From NCBI GenBank assembly GCA_965226545.1, contig OZ245364.1, positions 2,600,612-2,664,611 on the forward strand: 64,000 nucleotides of DNA, written 5' to 3'. Shown here in pieces: positions 45,712 to 54,759 of this stretch. Below the pieces are notes generated by a model that had not been told where the DNA came from, did no database searches, and worked only from the letters and a program-made list of their open reading frames with translations. The position numbers and the translations under genes were made by a program. This DNA comes from Candidatus Poriferihabitaceae bacterium (GTDB taxonomy: Bacteria > Pseudomonadota > Gammaproteobacteria > Arenicellales > Poriferihabitantaceae). Each line of letters starts with the position of its first letter. The stretch's first letter is position 1.

Positions 45712-46973
45712 TAACCCAGCATTTTGGCCGCGCGCCGCACGCCGCCGACCAGCGCATCGACATCGGCGCGCGTGTTGTACAACGCAAACGATGCGCGCAC
45801 CGTGCCGCTGATTTCATAAAAATCCATCAACGGCTGCGTGCAGTGATGGCCGGTGCGCACCGCAATGCCTTGTTGATCCAAAATCGCGCCGACATCGAAC
45901 GGATGCGCATCGCCGAGCAAAAATGAAATCACGCAGACCTTGTCGCGCGCTTCGCCGATGATGCGCACGCCGTCAATCGCGCGCAGTTGTTCCTCGGCCG
46001 TGCGCAACAACTCGAGTTCATGCGCTTTGACTTGCGCGGCGTCGTATTGCCCGAGCCATTCAATCGCCGCGCCCATGCCGATGGCGCCGACGATGTTCGG
46101 CGTGCCGGCTTCGAATTTATGCGGCAACTCGGCGTAGGTGGTGTTGTCGAAAGTGACCTTGGCGATCATCTCGCCGCCGCCTTGATACGGCGGCATCGCG
46201 TCGAGCAATTCGCGCTTGCCGTACAACACGCCGACGCCGGTTGGGCCAAACACTTTATGCGCCGAGAACGCGTAAAAATCAACATCGAGTTGGCGCACAT
46301 CGATGTCGAAATGCGGCGCGGCTTGAGCGCCGTCCAACAACACTTTGGCGTCGCATAGATGCGCCGCATCGATAATTTGCGCGACCGGGTTAATCGTGCC
46401 GAGCGCGTTGGAGACATGCGCCAGCGCGACCAATTTGGTTTTATCCGACAGCATTTTTTCGAGCGCATCGATGCGCAATTCGCCGCGCGGCGAAATCGGC
46501 GCAACGCGCAACACCGCGCCGCGTTCGGCGCACACCAACTGCCACGGCACGATATTCGAATGATGTTCCATCATCGACACAATCACTTCATCACCGGGTT
46601 GCAGATGGCTGCGCCCCCACGAGGCGGCGACCAAATTAATGCCGTCGGTTGTGCCGCCGGTAAACAACACTTCGCAAGCGTGCTCGGCGTTTAAGTGCGC
46701 GCGCGCAATCTCGCGCGCGTTTTCATAGGCGTCGGTCGCCTCTCGGCTTAAATAATGCACGCCGCGATGAATGTTGGCGTTGAACGCGCGGTAATAATGC
46801 GCAATCGCATCGACCACACATTGCGGCTTTTGCGCGGTCGCGCCGTTGTCCAAATACACCAGCGGATGCCCGTCAATCGCGCGCTGCAAAATCGGAAACT
46901 GCGCGCGCACCGATTCGACATCAAACGCTTTGCGCTCAATGCGCGGCTGCACAGATTCGGTTAATTTATTCAT
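45711..46973 (-). CDS. sufS: Cysteine desulfurase, group II (SufS/CsdA)
   Basis: LVYLDNGATAQKPQCV, ANIHRGVHYLS, SAHKVFGPTGVG, RTGHHCTQPL. TAATG overlap with sufE. Confidence 0.9.
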   Translation of the reverse strand: MNKLTESVQPRIERKAFDVESVRAQFPILQRAIDGHPLVYLDNGATAQKPQCVVDAIAHYYRAFNANIHRGVHYLSREATDAYENAREIARAHLNAEHACEVLFTGGTTDGINLVAASWGRSHLQPGDEVIVSMMEHHSNIVPWQLVCAERGAVLRVAPISPRGELRIDALEKMLSDKTKLVALAHVSNALGTINPVAQIIDAAHLCDAKVLLDGAQAAPHFDIDVRQLDVDFYAFSAHKVFGPTGVGVLYGKRELLDAMPPYQGGGEMIAKVTFDNTTYAELPHKFEAGTPNIVGAIGMGAAIEWLGQYDAAQVKAHELELLRTAEEQLRAIDGVRIIGEARDKVCVISFLLGDAHPFDVGAILDQQGIAVRTGHHCTQPLMDFYEISGTVRASFALYNTRADVDALVGGVRRAAKMLG

Positions 46974-47179
46974 CGCAACTCATCGTAATTGCATCGTAAT
47001 TGCATCGTGGTCATTGCATCGCGGCGTTGCATCGAAACTGCATCGCAGTTGTTTGTCGCAACTTTTGCATTGCAACTTACATCGCCAACTTGGCATCGCA
47101 CTTGTGACGGTTGCACTTGCATTTGCATTTGCCAATCGCAAATTGCAACCGTCAACCGCACCCATTCATCCTGCCCGCA

Positions 47180-47854
47180 TTAATTGCGCAGCGTAACATC
47201 GGCGCACATCAACCCGCCGCGTCGAGTGGTTGCGCCGATTTGCACATCAATCGGGCAATCAAACATCGGCGCATCATACACAACCGTATGGAACTCGCCG
47301 TTTTCGCCGCAGGGATCGACATCGCTTGGCAGGTCGTTTATAAATTCACGGTCGAACGTCCGCCCGAGAAAAGTTTCGTCCAATCGCTCAGGGTTGACGC
47401 AAGCAACCACGGCGCGCACGCCGCCGTCAATCATCGCTTCAGCCAATTGGCGCGTATCGCATTGCCACAACGGAAACAGCGGCTCGATGGCGCAGGATTG
47501 CATTGTCTTGATTCGATATTGGCGAATGTCGTCCAAAAATAAATCGCCGAATGCAAATTGTTCGACTCGTTCACGCGCGGCGCGCTCGGCAAATTGCGCC
47601 ATCAAAGATTCGTATTGCGCGTTGGTGCTGTTCATCGGAAGGTCAATCAACGACAACGGCAGATGCGCGCGTTCGGCTTGCAGTTGCAACAACGCCAAGC
47701 GGGTTGCATGCACCGCCGTGCGCTCATGCGCGCGATGCACATTGCAAAACAATCCGACGACCTCGACTTGTGCATCAGCCAACAGCCGCGCACACATCCA
47801 CGCGCTGTCTTTGCCGGTGCTCCACGCAATCATGGTTTTTTTCGCCATTTGCAT
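47180..47854 (-). CDS. PP-loop ATP pyrophosphatase-like protein (DUF71 / MJ0570 / Dph6-like)
   Basis: MIAWSTGKDSAW (an SGGKDS-like PP-loop), PLWQ, and ENGEFHTVVYDAPMF near the C-terminus. Confidence 0.5.
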   Translation of the reverse strand: MQMAKKTMIAWSTGKDSAWMCARLLADAQVEVVGLFCNVHRAHERTAVHATRLALLQLQAERAHLPLSLIDLPMNSTNAQYESLMAQFAERAARERVEQFAFGDLFLDDIRQYRIKTMQSCAIEPLFPLWQCDTRQLAEAMIDGGVRAVVACVNPERLDETFLGRTFDREFINDLPSDVDPCGENGEFHTVVYDAPMFDCPIDVQIGATTRRGGLMCADVTLRN

Positions 47855-47888
47855 AGTGTAGCAAATGCGCGGTGCTACAATCGCGCGC

Positions 47889-49529
47889 ATGCAAAACGTT
47901 GTTCGAAGCGGCGGGCGCGCGCTGGTGGACGGCTTAATCGCCAACGGTGTGCGCAATGTATTTTGCGTACCCGGCGAAAGTTACCTCGGCGCATTGGATG
48001 CAATGTACGCGCATCGCGCGCAACTGCGCGTCATCGCCTGCCGACAGGAAGGCGGCGCCGCGTACATGGCCGAAGCGCACGGCAAGTTAACCGGCGAACC
48101 CGGCGTATGTTTTGTGTCGCGCGGGCCTGGCGCGGCCAATGCAATGATTGGCGTGCATACCGCGTTTCAGGATTCGACGCCGATGTTGTTGTTCATCGGG
48201 CAAATCCCGCGCGCCGAACGCGGGCGCGAAGCGTTTCAAGAATTGGATTATGCGCGCGTCTATGACGGCGTCGCCAAACGGGTGATGCGCGTCGACTCGG
48301 CTGAACAGATTCCGCAAACCTTGCACGATGCCTGGCAACTCTCGATTGACCGTCGCCCCGGCCCGGTGGTGATTGAATTGCCCGAAGATACGTTGACTGA
48401 AACCTGTCAAGCCGATGATTGCGCCAAACCAACGCGCGCATCATGCGCACCGCCGCCATCGAGCGTGGCAACCTTTTCGACCTTGCTCGATGCGGCCGAA
48501 CGACCGCTGATAATTTTTGGCGGGGCGGCGTGGACGCCGCGCGCATCTAAATTGTTGCGCGCGTTTATCGAAAAGCATCGCCTGCCGGCCGCGTGCGCGT
48601 TTCGCCGACAGGATATGTTGGACAACACGCATTCGCATTATGTCGGCGAATTGGGCATCGCGCCCAACCCGGAATTGGTGCGCATGGTCGACGACGCCGA
48701 TTTAATTGTCGCGTTGAGCGCGCGGCTTGGAGAAATGACCAGCGGCGGGTATACGTTGTTCGATGTGCCGCAATTTGACGCGCGCGCGCGGCGCAAGTTG
48801 ATTCACATCTTCGCCGAGCGCGCGGAATTAAACGCGGTGTATCGCGCCGAACTCGGCATTGCCTGCGACGCCGAATCGTTTCTGCAAGGCGTTGCCGACA
48901 TCCCCGCGCGCCGCCAACGCGACAACGATGATGCGCGGATTGCGCGCGCGCATCAATCGTATTTGGATTTTATGAATCAACCGCGCGATGAACATCGCGC
49001 ATTGCGCATGGATAAAATTATGCAATGGCTGCGCGCGCGATTGGCGGCCGACGACATCATCACCTGCGGCGCCGGCAACTATACGGTGTGGGCGCAGCGC
49101 AATTATCAATTCCGCCAACCGCGCACCCAACTGGCTTGCACCAACGGCTCGATGGGTTATGCCGTGCCGGCCGCGATTGCCGCCAAATTGCATCGCGTTG
49201 ACGCGAAGGTTGTGTCGTTTTCCGGCGACGGTTGTTTTTTAATGAACGGGCAGGAGTTGGCGACGGCGATGCAGCATCGCTTGGCGATTGTGTTTATCGT
49301 GCTCAACAACCGTTGCTACGGCACCATTCGCGCGCATCAACAACGGCATTATCCGTGCCGCCCGATTGCAACCGCGTTGCGCAATCCAAACTTCGCCGAA
49401 TTGGCGCGCGCCCACGGCGCATTTGGCGCGCAAGTTTCGCGCACCGAAGAATTTGCCCCGACATTCGAACAAGCACTCGACTGCGGACGCGCGGCGGTGA
49501 TTGAGGTTAAACTCGACGACCCTGAGTGA
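47889..49529 (+). CDS. Thiamine-diphosphate enzyme of the acetolactate-synthase-like family
   Basis: FCVPGESYLGALDA, GVCFVSRGPGAANAM, the ThDP motif GDGCFLMNGQELATA...NN. The alternative start is 47865. Confidence 0.7.
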   Translation: MQNVVRSGGRALVDGLIANGVRNVFCVPGESYLGALDAMYAHRAQLRVIACRQEGGAAYMAEAHGKLTGEPGVCFVSRGPGAANAMIGVHTAFQDSTPMLLFIGQIPRAERGREAFQELDYARVYDGVAKRVMRVDSAEQIPQTLHDAWQLSIDRRPGPVVIELPEDTLTETCQADDCAKPTRASCAPPPSSVATFSTLLDAAERPLIIFGGAAWTPRASKLLRAFIEKHRLPAACAFRRQDMLDNTHSHYVGELGIAPNPELVRMVDDADLIVALSARLGEMTSGGYTLFDVPQFDARARRKLIHIFAERAELNAVYRAELGIACDAESFLQGVADIPARRQRDNDDARIARAHQSYLDFMNQPRDEHRALRMDKIMQWLRARLAADDIITCGAGNYTVWAQRNYQFRQPRTQLACTNGSMGYAVPAAIAAKLHRVDAKVVSFSGDGCFLMNGQELATAMQHRLAIVFIVLNNRCYGTIRAHQQRHYPCRPIATALRNPNFAELARAHGAFGAQVSRTEEFAPTFEQALDCGRAAVIEVKLDDPE

Positions 49530-49633
49530 TTCGATGTTCGATGAAGTTGGTGAAGTTGATTAAGTGAATTTGATTAAGTGAAGTTGGTGAAGTTAGCGAA
49601 GTTAATGAAGTCAACGAAATCAACGCCAATGCA

Positions 49634-50521
49634 ATGAACGACTTAATGAATGACGCAATGAACAATGCAATGAACAAAGACGCAAACAACGACAACGCAA
49701 ACACCGCCGCACTGCGCGGCAATGCATTGTTGACCGACAAAGTCGCAATCATCACCGGCGCCGCGCAAGGCATCGGCTTTGCCTGCGCCGCGCGCTTCGG
49801 CGCCGAAGGCGCCAAGGTGGTGCTCGGCGACATCAACTGTGATGCCGGCGAAGCGGCGGCAAAGCAATTGCGCGAACGCGGCATCGATGCGCGCCATCAG
49901 GTCTGCGATGTCGGGCGCGAATCATCGATTGACGCCCTGTTGGATTTTGCCGAAGCCGCGCATGGGCGGATTGATTGCGCGATTGCCAACGCCGGCATCG
50001 TCAAACACGTCGACCCGTTGACGATGTCCATCGACGACTTCGATGCGGTGCTGACCGTGAACTTGCGCGGCGTGGTGTTGACCGGGCAACGCGCCGCGCA
50101 ACGAATGATTCGCCAGCCGCCGGATGAAAACGGCGCGCGCGGCTGCATCATCAATATGTCGTCGATTAACGCCGTGCTTGCCATCCCCGAAATCGCGCCG
50201 TACATCGTCGCCAAAGGCGGCGTCAATCAATGGACAAAATGTTTGGGCATTCGTTTGGCGCAAGACGGCGTGCGCGTCAATGCAATCGGCCCCGGCTCGA
50301 TCAACACCGAAATGTTTCACGCCATCGCCGACAACCCGCAAAAATATCGCGCGGTGCTGTCGCGCACGCCGATTGGCCGGCCCGGCGAACCGGATGAAAT
50401 CGCCAAGGTCGCGGTGTTTTTGGCGTGCGATTATTCAAGTTATTTAATCGGCGAGACGGTGTACCCTGACGGCGGACGACTCGGCTTGAATTATTTCGTC
50501 AAGGTCGATGACAATGCCTAA
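49634..50521 (+). CDS. SDR-family oxidoreductase; the N-terminus is built from a 12-nt repeat and the start is uncertain
   Basis: KVAIITGAAQGIG, NAGI, SSINAV...YIVAKGG. The N-terminal MNDLMNDAMNNAMNKDANNDNAN is encoded by aatgaaygaygc-type repeats. Confidence 0.8.
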   Translation: MNDLMNDAMNNAMNKDANNDNANTAALRGNALLTDKVAIITGAAQGIGFACAARFGAEGAKVVLGDINCDAGEAAAKQLRERGIDARHQVCDVGRESSIDALLDFAEAAHGRIDCAIANAGIVKHVDPLTMSIDDFDAVLTVNLRGVVLTGQRAAQRMIRQPPDENGARGCIINMSSINAVLAIPEIAPYIVAKGGVNQWTKCLGIRLAQDGVRVNAIGPGSINTEMFHAIADNPQKYRAVLSRTPIGRPGEPDEIAKVAVFLACDYSSYLIGETVYPDGGRLGLNYFVKVDDNA

Positions 50522-50768
50522 ACGCATTCGCGTACGACATGAAGTGTTGTTGTAGAAGTGCTGTTGTAAACGAAGCGTTACATTGACGGTGCGTTAACAG
50601 TGGATTAACCATGCATTAACAACGCGCGTTTGCCGCAACGGTTACAACCACGTTCGCCGCGTCAATTGTAACGACACTTGTAGTGACATCGGCATCGACA
50701 TCTGAATCGATAGTTACACCGACGCTGCATTCACCGCATCACACTGCGCACCGCGCGGGAGGTCCAGC

Positions 50769-51749
50769 ATGTCATCATCACCGCACAACTCAGCCGGCGC
50801 CTATCAACCGGAAGATTCGATACAAGTTCCGCCGCTGTACACCTGGCCGCCAAAGCCCATCGCCATCGCGCGATATTTGTTGGTCGGGTTGTTGTTCCCG
50901 TGGGGCTATTTGTTCATCGCCTTGGCCGCATTCAGTTGGCGATTTTTGACGCCCGAGTTGGCGAGCATGGCGCAATGGGATTGGCGTTGGGTCGGCTTGA
51001 TTTGGCTGCGCAACGCCGCCTTGTTGACGTTGCTTGCCGGCGGCTTGCATTGGCTGTTGTATCGCCGCCGCCGACAGGCGCGCGATTACAAATTCAACGA
51101 CCGCTGGCCCGAGCGGCGCAACACGCTGTTTTGGTTTGGCAATCAAACCTTCGACAACATTTTTTGGAGCGTCGCTTCGGGCGTTACGATTTGGACGCTG
51201 TATGAATCGGCGACTTTATGGATGATTGCATCCGGGCATCGTCCGTTGATTGGCATCGCCGAGCATCCGGTGATTTTTGCGTTGATGATGTTGAGCGTGT
51301 TTTTTTGGAACACCGCGCATTTTTATTTTGTGCATCGCCTGTTGCATTGGCGACCGTTGTATCAACTTGCGCATGAACTGCATCACCGCAACACCAGCCC
51401 GTGTCCGTGGAGCGGCATCTCGATGCATCCGCTCGAGCATGTGTTGTATTTCAGCGTGTTTATGTTGTGGTGGGTTGTGCCGGTGCATCCGATTGTGATT
51501 TTATTGTGCGGATTTTTTAACGGCTTGGGCCCGGCGATTTCGCATTCGGGGTTTGCCTATTTGCGCATCGGCGCATGGCGCATGCCGATTGGCGATTGGT
51601 ATCACCAACTGCATCATCAATATTTTCACTTCAACTACGGCAACGTGGAGACGCCGTTCGATAAACTGTTCGGCAGTTGGCATGACGGCGGCGCACAATC
51701 GTTGCAGACGCAAAAACATCGCATCCGCAAAATGCGCGCGGCGCGCTGA
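50769..51749 (+). CDS. Fatty-acid hydroxylase / sterol desaturase-superfamily membrane protein
   Basis: His boxes HRLLHW, HELHHRN and HQLHHQYFHFNYG, with several TM helices. Confidence 0.7.
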   Translation: MSSSPHNSAGAYQPEDSIQVPPLYTWPPKPIAIARYLLVGLLFPWGYLFIALAAFSWRFLTPELASMAQWDWRWVGLIWLRNAALLTLLAGGLHWLLYRRRRQARDYKFNDRWPERRNTLFWFGNQTFDNIFWSVASGVTIWTLYESATLWMIASGHRPLIGIAEHPVIFALMMLSVFFWNTAHFYFVHRLLHWRPLYQLAHELHHRNTSPCPWSGISMHPLEHVLYFSVFMLWWVVPVHPIVILLCGFFNGLGPAISHSGFAYLRIGAWRMPIGDWYHQLHHQYFHFNYGNVETPFDKLFGSWHDGGAQSLQTQKHRIRKMRAAR

Positions 51750-51759
51750 CGGCGAATCG

Positions 51760-52035
51760 ATGCCGCGCACATCGCGCACATCATGGTCGGTGTATGTCGT
51801 GCGTTGCGCCGACGGTTCGCTGTATACCGGCGTCACCACCGACCTTGCGCGGCGCATCGATGAACACAACGACGGCCCGCGCGCAGCGCGTTACACCCGT
51901 GCGCGACGCCCGGTGCGATTGGTATACGCCGAATCGAAATGCACGCGGGTTGACGCCTGTCGCCGCGAAAGCGCGATTCGACACTTAACCAAACCCAATA
52001 AGGAAGCGTTAATTGCGCGCGGCGTTAATCGATGA
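51760..52035 (+). CDS. GIY-YIG domain protein (UPF0213/YhbQ-like)
   Basis: WSVYVVRCADGSLYTGVTTDLARRIDEHN...ARYT...LVY. Confidence 0.75.
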   Translation: MPRTSRTSWSVYVVRCADGSLYTGVTTDLARRIDEHNDGPRAARYTRARRPVRLVYAESKCTRVDACRRESAIRHLTKPNKEALIARGVNR

Positions 52036-52096
52036 CGGTCGACAGTGGATAACGGGTGACTCTCGACGCACGACGCGCGGCGCATCGAATAACGGA

Positions 52097-52834
52097 TTAA
52101 CCGTCGCGCAAAAATTCGCCGAGTTGTGCGGCGATGATGCGCGGATGTTCGAGCGGCGCAAGATGGCGATGCGCGCGATTGACAATCAATCGGCTGCCGG
52201 GCAATTGCTGATGCAAGCCGCGCGCCATGCGCGGCGGTGCGCCCGGGTCATCAAAGCCGGTCAACACCAACATCGGCCGCGCCAACGCGCGCAACCGCGC
52301 AAGCGGATAACGCTCGATGGCAACGTCGCCGTCGGCAAACAATTGATACGCCTTTTGATAACCTTCGCCGTGCCGGGCAAACGCCGCGCGGATTTCATCG
52401 ATGACCGCAGCATGCGCGGCGCGATAATGCGGCGAAAACCATCGCGCCAACGACGCATCCAACGACGCCGATGCGCCTTCATCGCGCGCCAATCGACACC
52501 GCGCCTGCACCGCGCGACGTTCGTCGGCATTGCGTTGATAAACGCCGTGCAGGAATGCGATATGGGTTAGGCGCGCGCCCAGTGTGACGGCGGCGGCGCG
52601 CGCAATCAACGCCCCGAGCGAAAAGCCGACCAAGCCGAATGAATCGATGCCGAGATGGTCGGTGAGATGCGCCAATTGCGCGACATAATCATCGAAGCCG
52701 CGCGCGCCTTGCCAATCCGGGCAATCGCCGTGGCCGATTAAATCATACGACAACACGCAAAAATCGCGCGCCAACAACGCATCGACTTCGCGCCACATAA
52801 AACGCCCCAAACCGACGCCATGCACCAACACCAC
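52097..52834 (-). CDS. Alpha/beta-fold hydrolase; the 5' end is unclear
   Basis: VVLVHGVGLG and the nucleophile elbow GFSLGA. There is no in-frame ATG between the tRNA and VVLVHG, so GTG 52834 is tentative. The ORF-track N-terminus is the tRNA read antisense. Confidence 0.6.
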   Translation of the reverse strand: MVLVHGVGLGRFMWREVDALLARDFCVLSYDLIGHGDCPDWQGARGFDDYVAQLAHLTDHLGIDSFGLVGFSLGALIARAAAVTLGARLTHIAFLHGVYQRNADERRAVQARCRLARDEGASASLDASLARWFSPHYRAAHAAVIDEIRAAFARHGEGYQKAYQLFADGDVAIERYPLARLRALARPMLVLTGFDDPGAPPRMARGLHQQLPGSRLIVNRAHRHLAPLEHPRIIAAQLGEFLRDG

Positions 52835-52893
52835 AACCGGACGATTGCGGTCGCCGCATAAGCGATGGGAATTCGAATGGGGATTCGAGGCGA

Positions 52894-52969
52894 TGGTGGG
52901 GCGTGCAGGATTCGAACCTGCGACCACCTGATTAAAAGTCAGATGCTCTACCAACTGAGCTAACGCCCC
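52894..52969 (-). tRNA. tRNA-Lys (anticodon UUU), CCA encoded
   Basis: Minus strand reads GGGGCGTTAGCTCAGTTGGTAGAGCATCTGACTTTTAATCAGGTGGTCGCAGGTTCGAATCCTGCACGCCCCACCA. The cloverleaf was folded by hand: 7-bp acceptor stem, anticodon loop CTTTTAA, T-loop GGTTCGAATCC. Confidence 0.95.
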
Positions 52970-53082
52970 TTATGCAAAACGCGCGGCGAGATGCAAGCGC
53001 GCGTGAAACAAGACACGAACAAAAACTGTGACCGTGACGGTGATGAATGCAATATTAACTCGACGGTCAACGCAACCCGACA

Positions 53083-53853
53083 CTATTGAATGTTTTGCTC
53101 GATGCGTCGCAGCCGCGTTTTGGCCGGCGTTGCCACTTGATGCGCCGGGAAGCGCGACAAGATGTCGCGGAAAGTCGCGGCGGCATCGTCGTATGCGCCC
53201 ATGTCGTATTGCACATAACCGATTTTAAGCATCGCCTCCGGCACCCGCTGGCTTTGCGGATAACGCGTTACCACGGTGCTGAAGCCTTTGAGCGCGTCTT
53301 CGAATTTGCGATTGACATAACGCGCTTCGGAAATCCAATAATACGCGTCGTCAGCCAATTGCCCTTCGGGCCAAGTGTCGGCGAGTTGTTGAAACGAATT
53401 AATCGCCTCTTGATAACGCCCGCCTTTAAGCAAGTCGAACGCGCGGTCATACGCCTGTTGTTCCTGCAGCGACACCGCCTGCCCGCCGCGCGAATTGCTC
53501 GGCGTCTCCACCGATGCGCTTGTGCCGCCGGTTGCGCGCGTGCCGCTGGCGCTCGGCGTGATGCGCAAATTGCGCTCGACGCGCACCATCCGCCGGTCGT
53601 AATCCTCGAACAAATTGCGCTGACGAATGTCGGCCGCTTCGACCTCAAACTGCATCTCTTCGATGGCGTTGCGTTGGCGTTTTAATTCCTCCTTCAAATC
53701 GGTTAAATCATCCAACGCGCGCACCGAGTTGCCGCCGAACGACGCGCCGTCGCCCGACCCCGAAAAACTCGCGCAACCGGCCAGCGATAATGACAACGAC
53801 AACCACAACGCCGACCAAACGCCCGCGCGCAAAAATAATTTAATGATGCTCAT
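53083..53853 (-). CDS. cpoB: Cell-division coordinator CpoB (YbgF), Tol-Pal associated
   Basis: Signal/lipobox-like N-terminus, coiled coil, then the TPR segment DDAYYWISEARYVNRKFEDALKGF...YPQSQRVPEAMLKIGYVQYDMG. Confidence 0.85.
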   Translation of the reverse strand: MSIIKLFLRAGVWSALWLSLSLSLAGCASFSGSGDGASFGGNSVRALDDLTDLKEELKRQRNAIEEMQFEVEAADIRQRNLFEDYDRRMVRVERNLRITPSASGTRATGGTSASVETPSNSRGGQAVSLQEQQAYDRAFDLLKGGRYQEAINSFQQLADTWPEGQLADDAYYWISEARYVNRKFEDALKGFSTVVTRYPQSQRVPEAMLKIGYVQYDMGAYDDAAATFRDILSRFPAHQVATPAKTRLRRIEQNIQ

Positions 53854-53939
53854 CGGTTTCCCCTTGTGTGACGCGATACTTAATGAATGCCAATGCGGCG
53901 CAAATGAAGTGAAAATTTAAAGCGTGAATTAAAGTGCCA

Positions 53940-53975
53940 ACGAAGTGCAAGCGAAGTGCAAGCGAAGTGCAAACA
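53940..53975. repeat. (CGAAGTGCAAG) x 3
   Basis: cgaagtgcaagcgaagtgcaagcgaagtgcaaac. Confidence 0.85.
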
Positions 53976-54042
53976 CACTGCAAGCACAGTGATTAATGTC
54001 GGCGATAATGCAAAAAACAATGCAACCAATTAATACCCAAGA

Positions 54043-54582
54043 TTAATACAAAATCTCCACGCGGCGATTTTTTTTCCACGCCGCTTCATCATGCCCAAAA
54101 GCAACCGGGCGTTCTTCGCCGTAGGAAATCGTCTCGATGCGCGCGGCATCGACGCCGAGCGCGTTCATCATGTTGGCGACCGATTTGGCGCGGTCTTCAG
54201 CCAGCGCGAGATTATATTCGCGCGTGCCGCGTTCATCGGCGTGGCCTTCGAGCACAACGCGCAACGGCGGATTGTCGCGCAATTGCCGCGCGTGTTCGCG
54301 TATTGCATCTTTGGCGTCGGCACTCAATACGCTGCTGTCGTATTTAAAATACACGGTGCGACGGTCGCCGGACGACACCGCCAATGACTCATCGGCGAAT
54401 GCGCCAAGCCCGCTGGCGGTCGCCGTGCCTTCATCGAACACCACAACATCGGCGATGCCGCCAACCGATTGGTCGATAATCGCCGGGCCGTATGACGACC
54501 CGCCGCAACCGGCCAGCAACAAGGCAAACGCAAATATCGCGCTTGTCGTTGCGGTTTGGATTATGCGGTTAACCTTGCGCAT
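54043..54582 (-). CDS. pal: Peptidoglycan-associated lipoprotein
   Basis: Start at MRKVNRIIQT...LLLAGCGG. OmpA-like segment VVLEGHADERGTREYNLALAEDRA...YGEE. Confidence 0.9.
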   Translation of the reverse strand: MRKVNRIIQTATTSAIFAFALLLAGCGGSSYGPAIIDQSVGGIADVVVFDEGTATASGLGAFADESLAVSSGDRRTVYFKYDSSVLSADAKDAIREHARQLRDNPPLRVVLEGHADERGTREYNLALAEDRAKSVANMMNALGVDAARIETISYGEERPVAFGHDEAAWKKNRRVEILY

Positions 54583-54759
54583 CGCGGTAAGTTTGGATGA
54601 GTGTCGGGGATGAATGTCGACGATGAATTGGAATGAATGTCGGGTGCGGACGTTTACGGTTACGTTTTGGTTTACGTTGGCGGTGATTTTAACTGTTAAC
54701 GAGACGCGCGACAACAAAACGCATCACCATAAACATTGCAGTACACATTAAATTACGCA

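Noticed and set aside
52835-52954. The N-terminal 40 codons of ORF 52097..52954 (MVEHLTFNQVVAGSNPARPT...).
   Set aside because: This is the antisense reading of the tRNA-Lys gene (52894-52969), a well-known artefact. It is not part of the hydrolase.
52894-53082. A prophage or integrative element inserted at tRNA-Lys.
   Set aside because: There is no integrase, no phage genes and no direct repeat of the tRNA 3' end anywhere nearby. The flanking genes are ordinary chromosomal genes.
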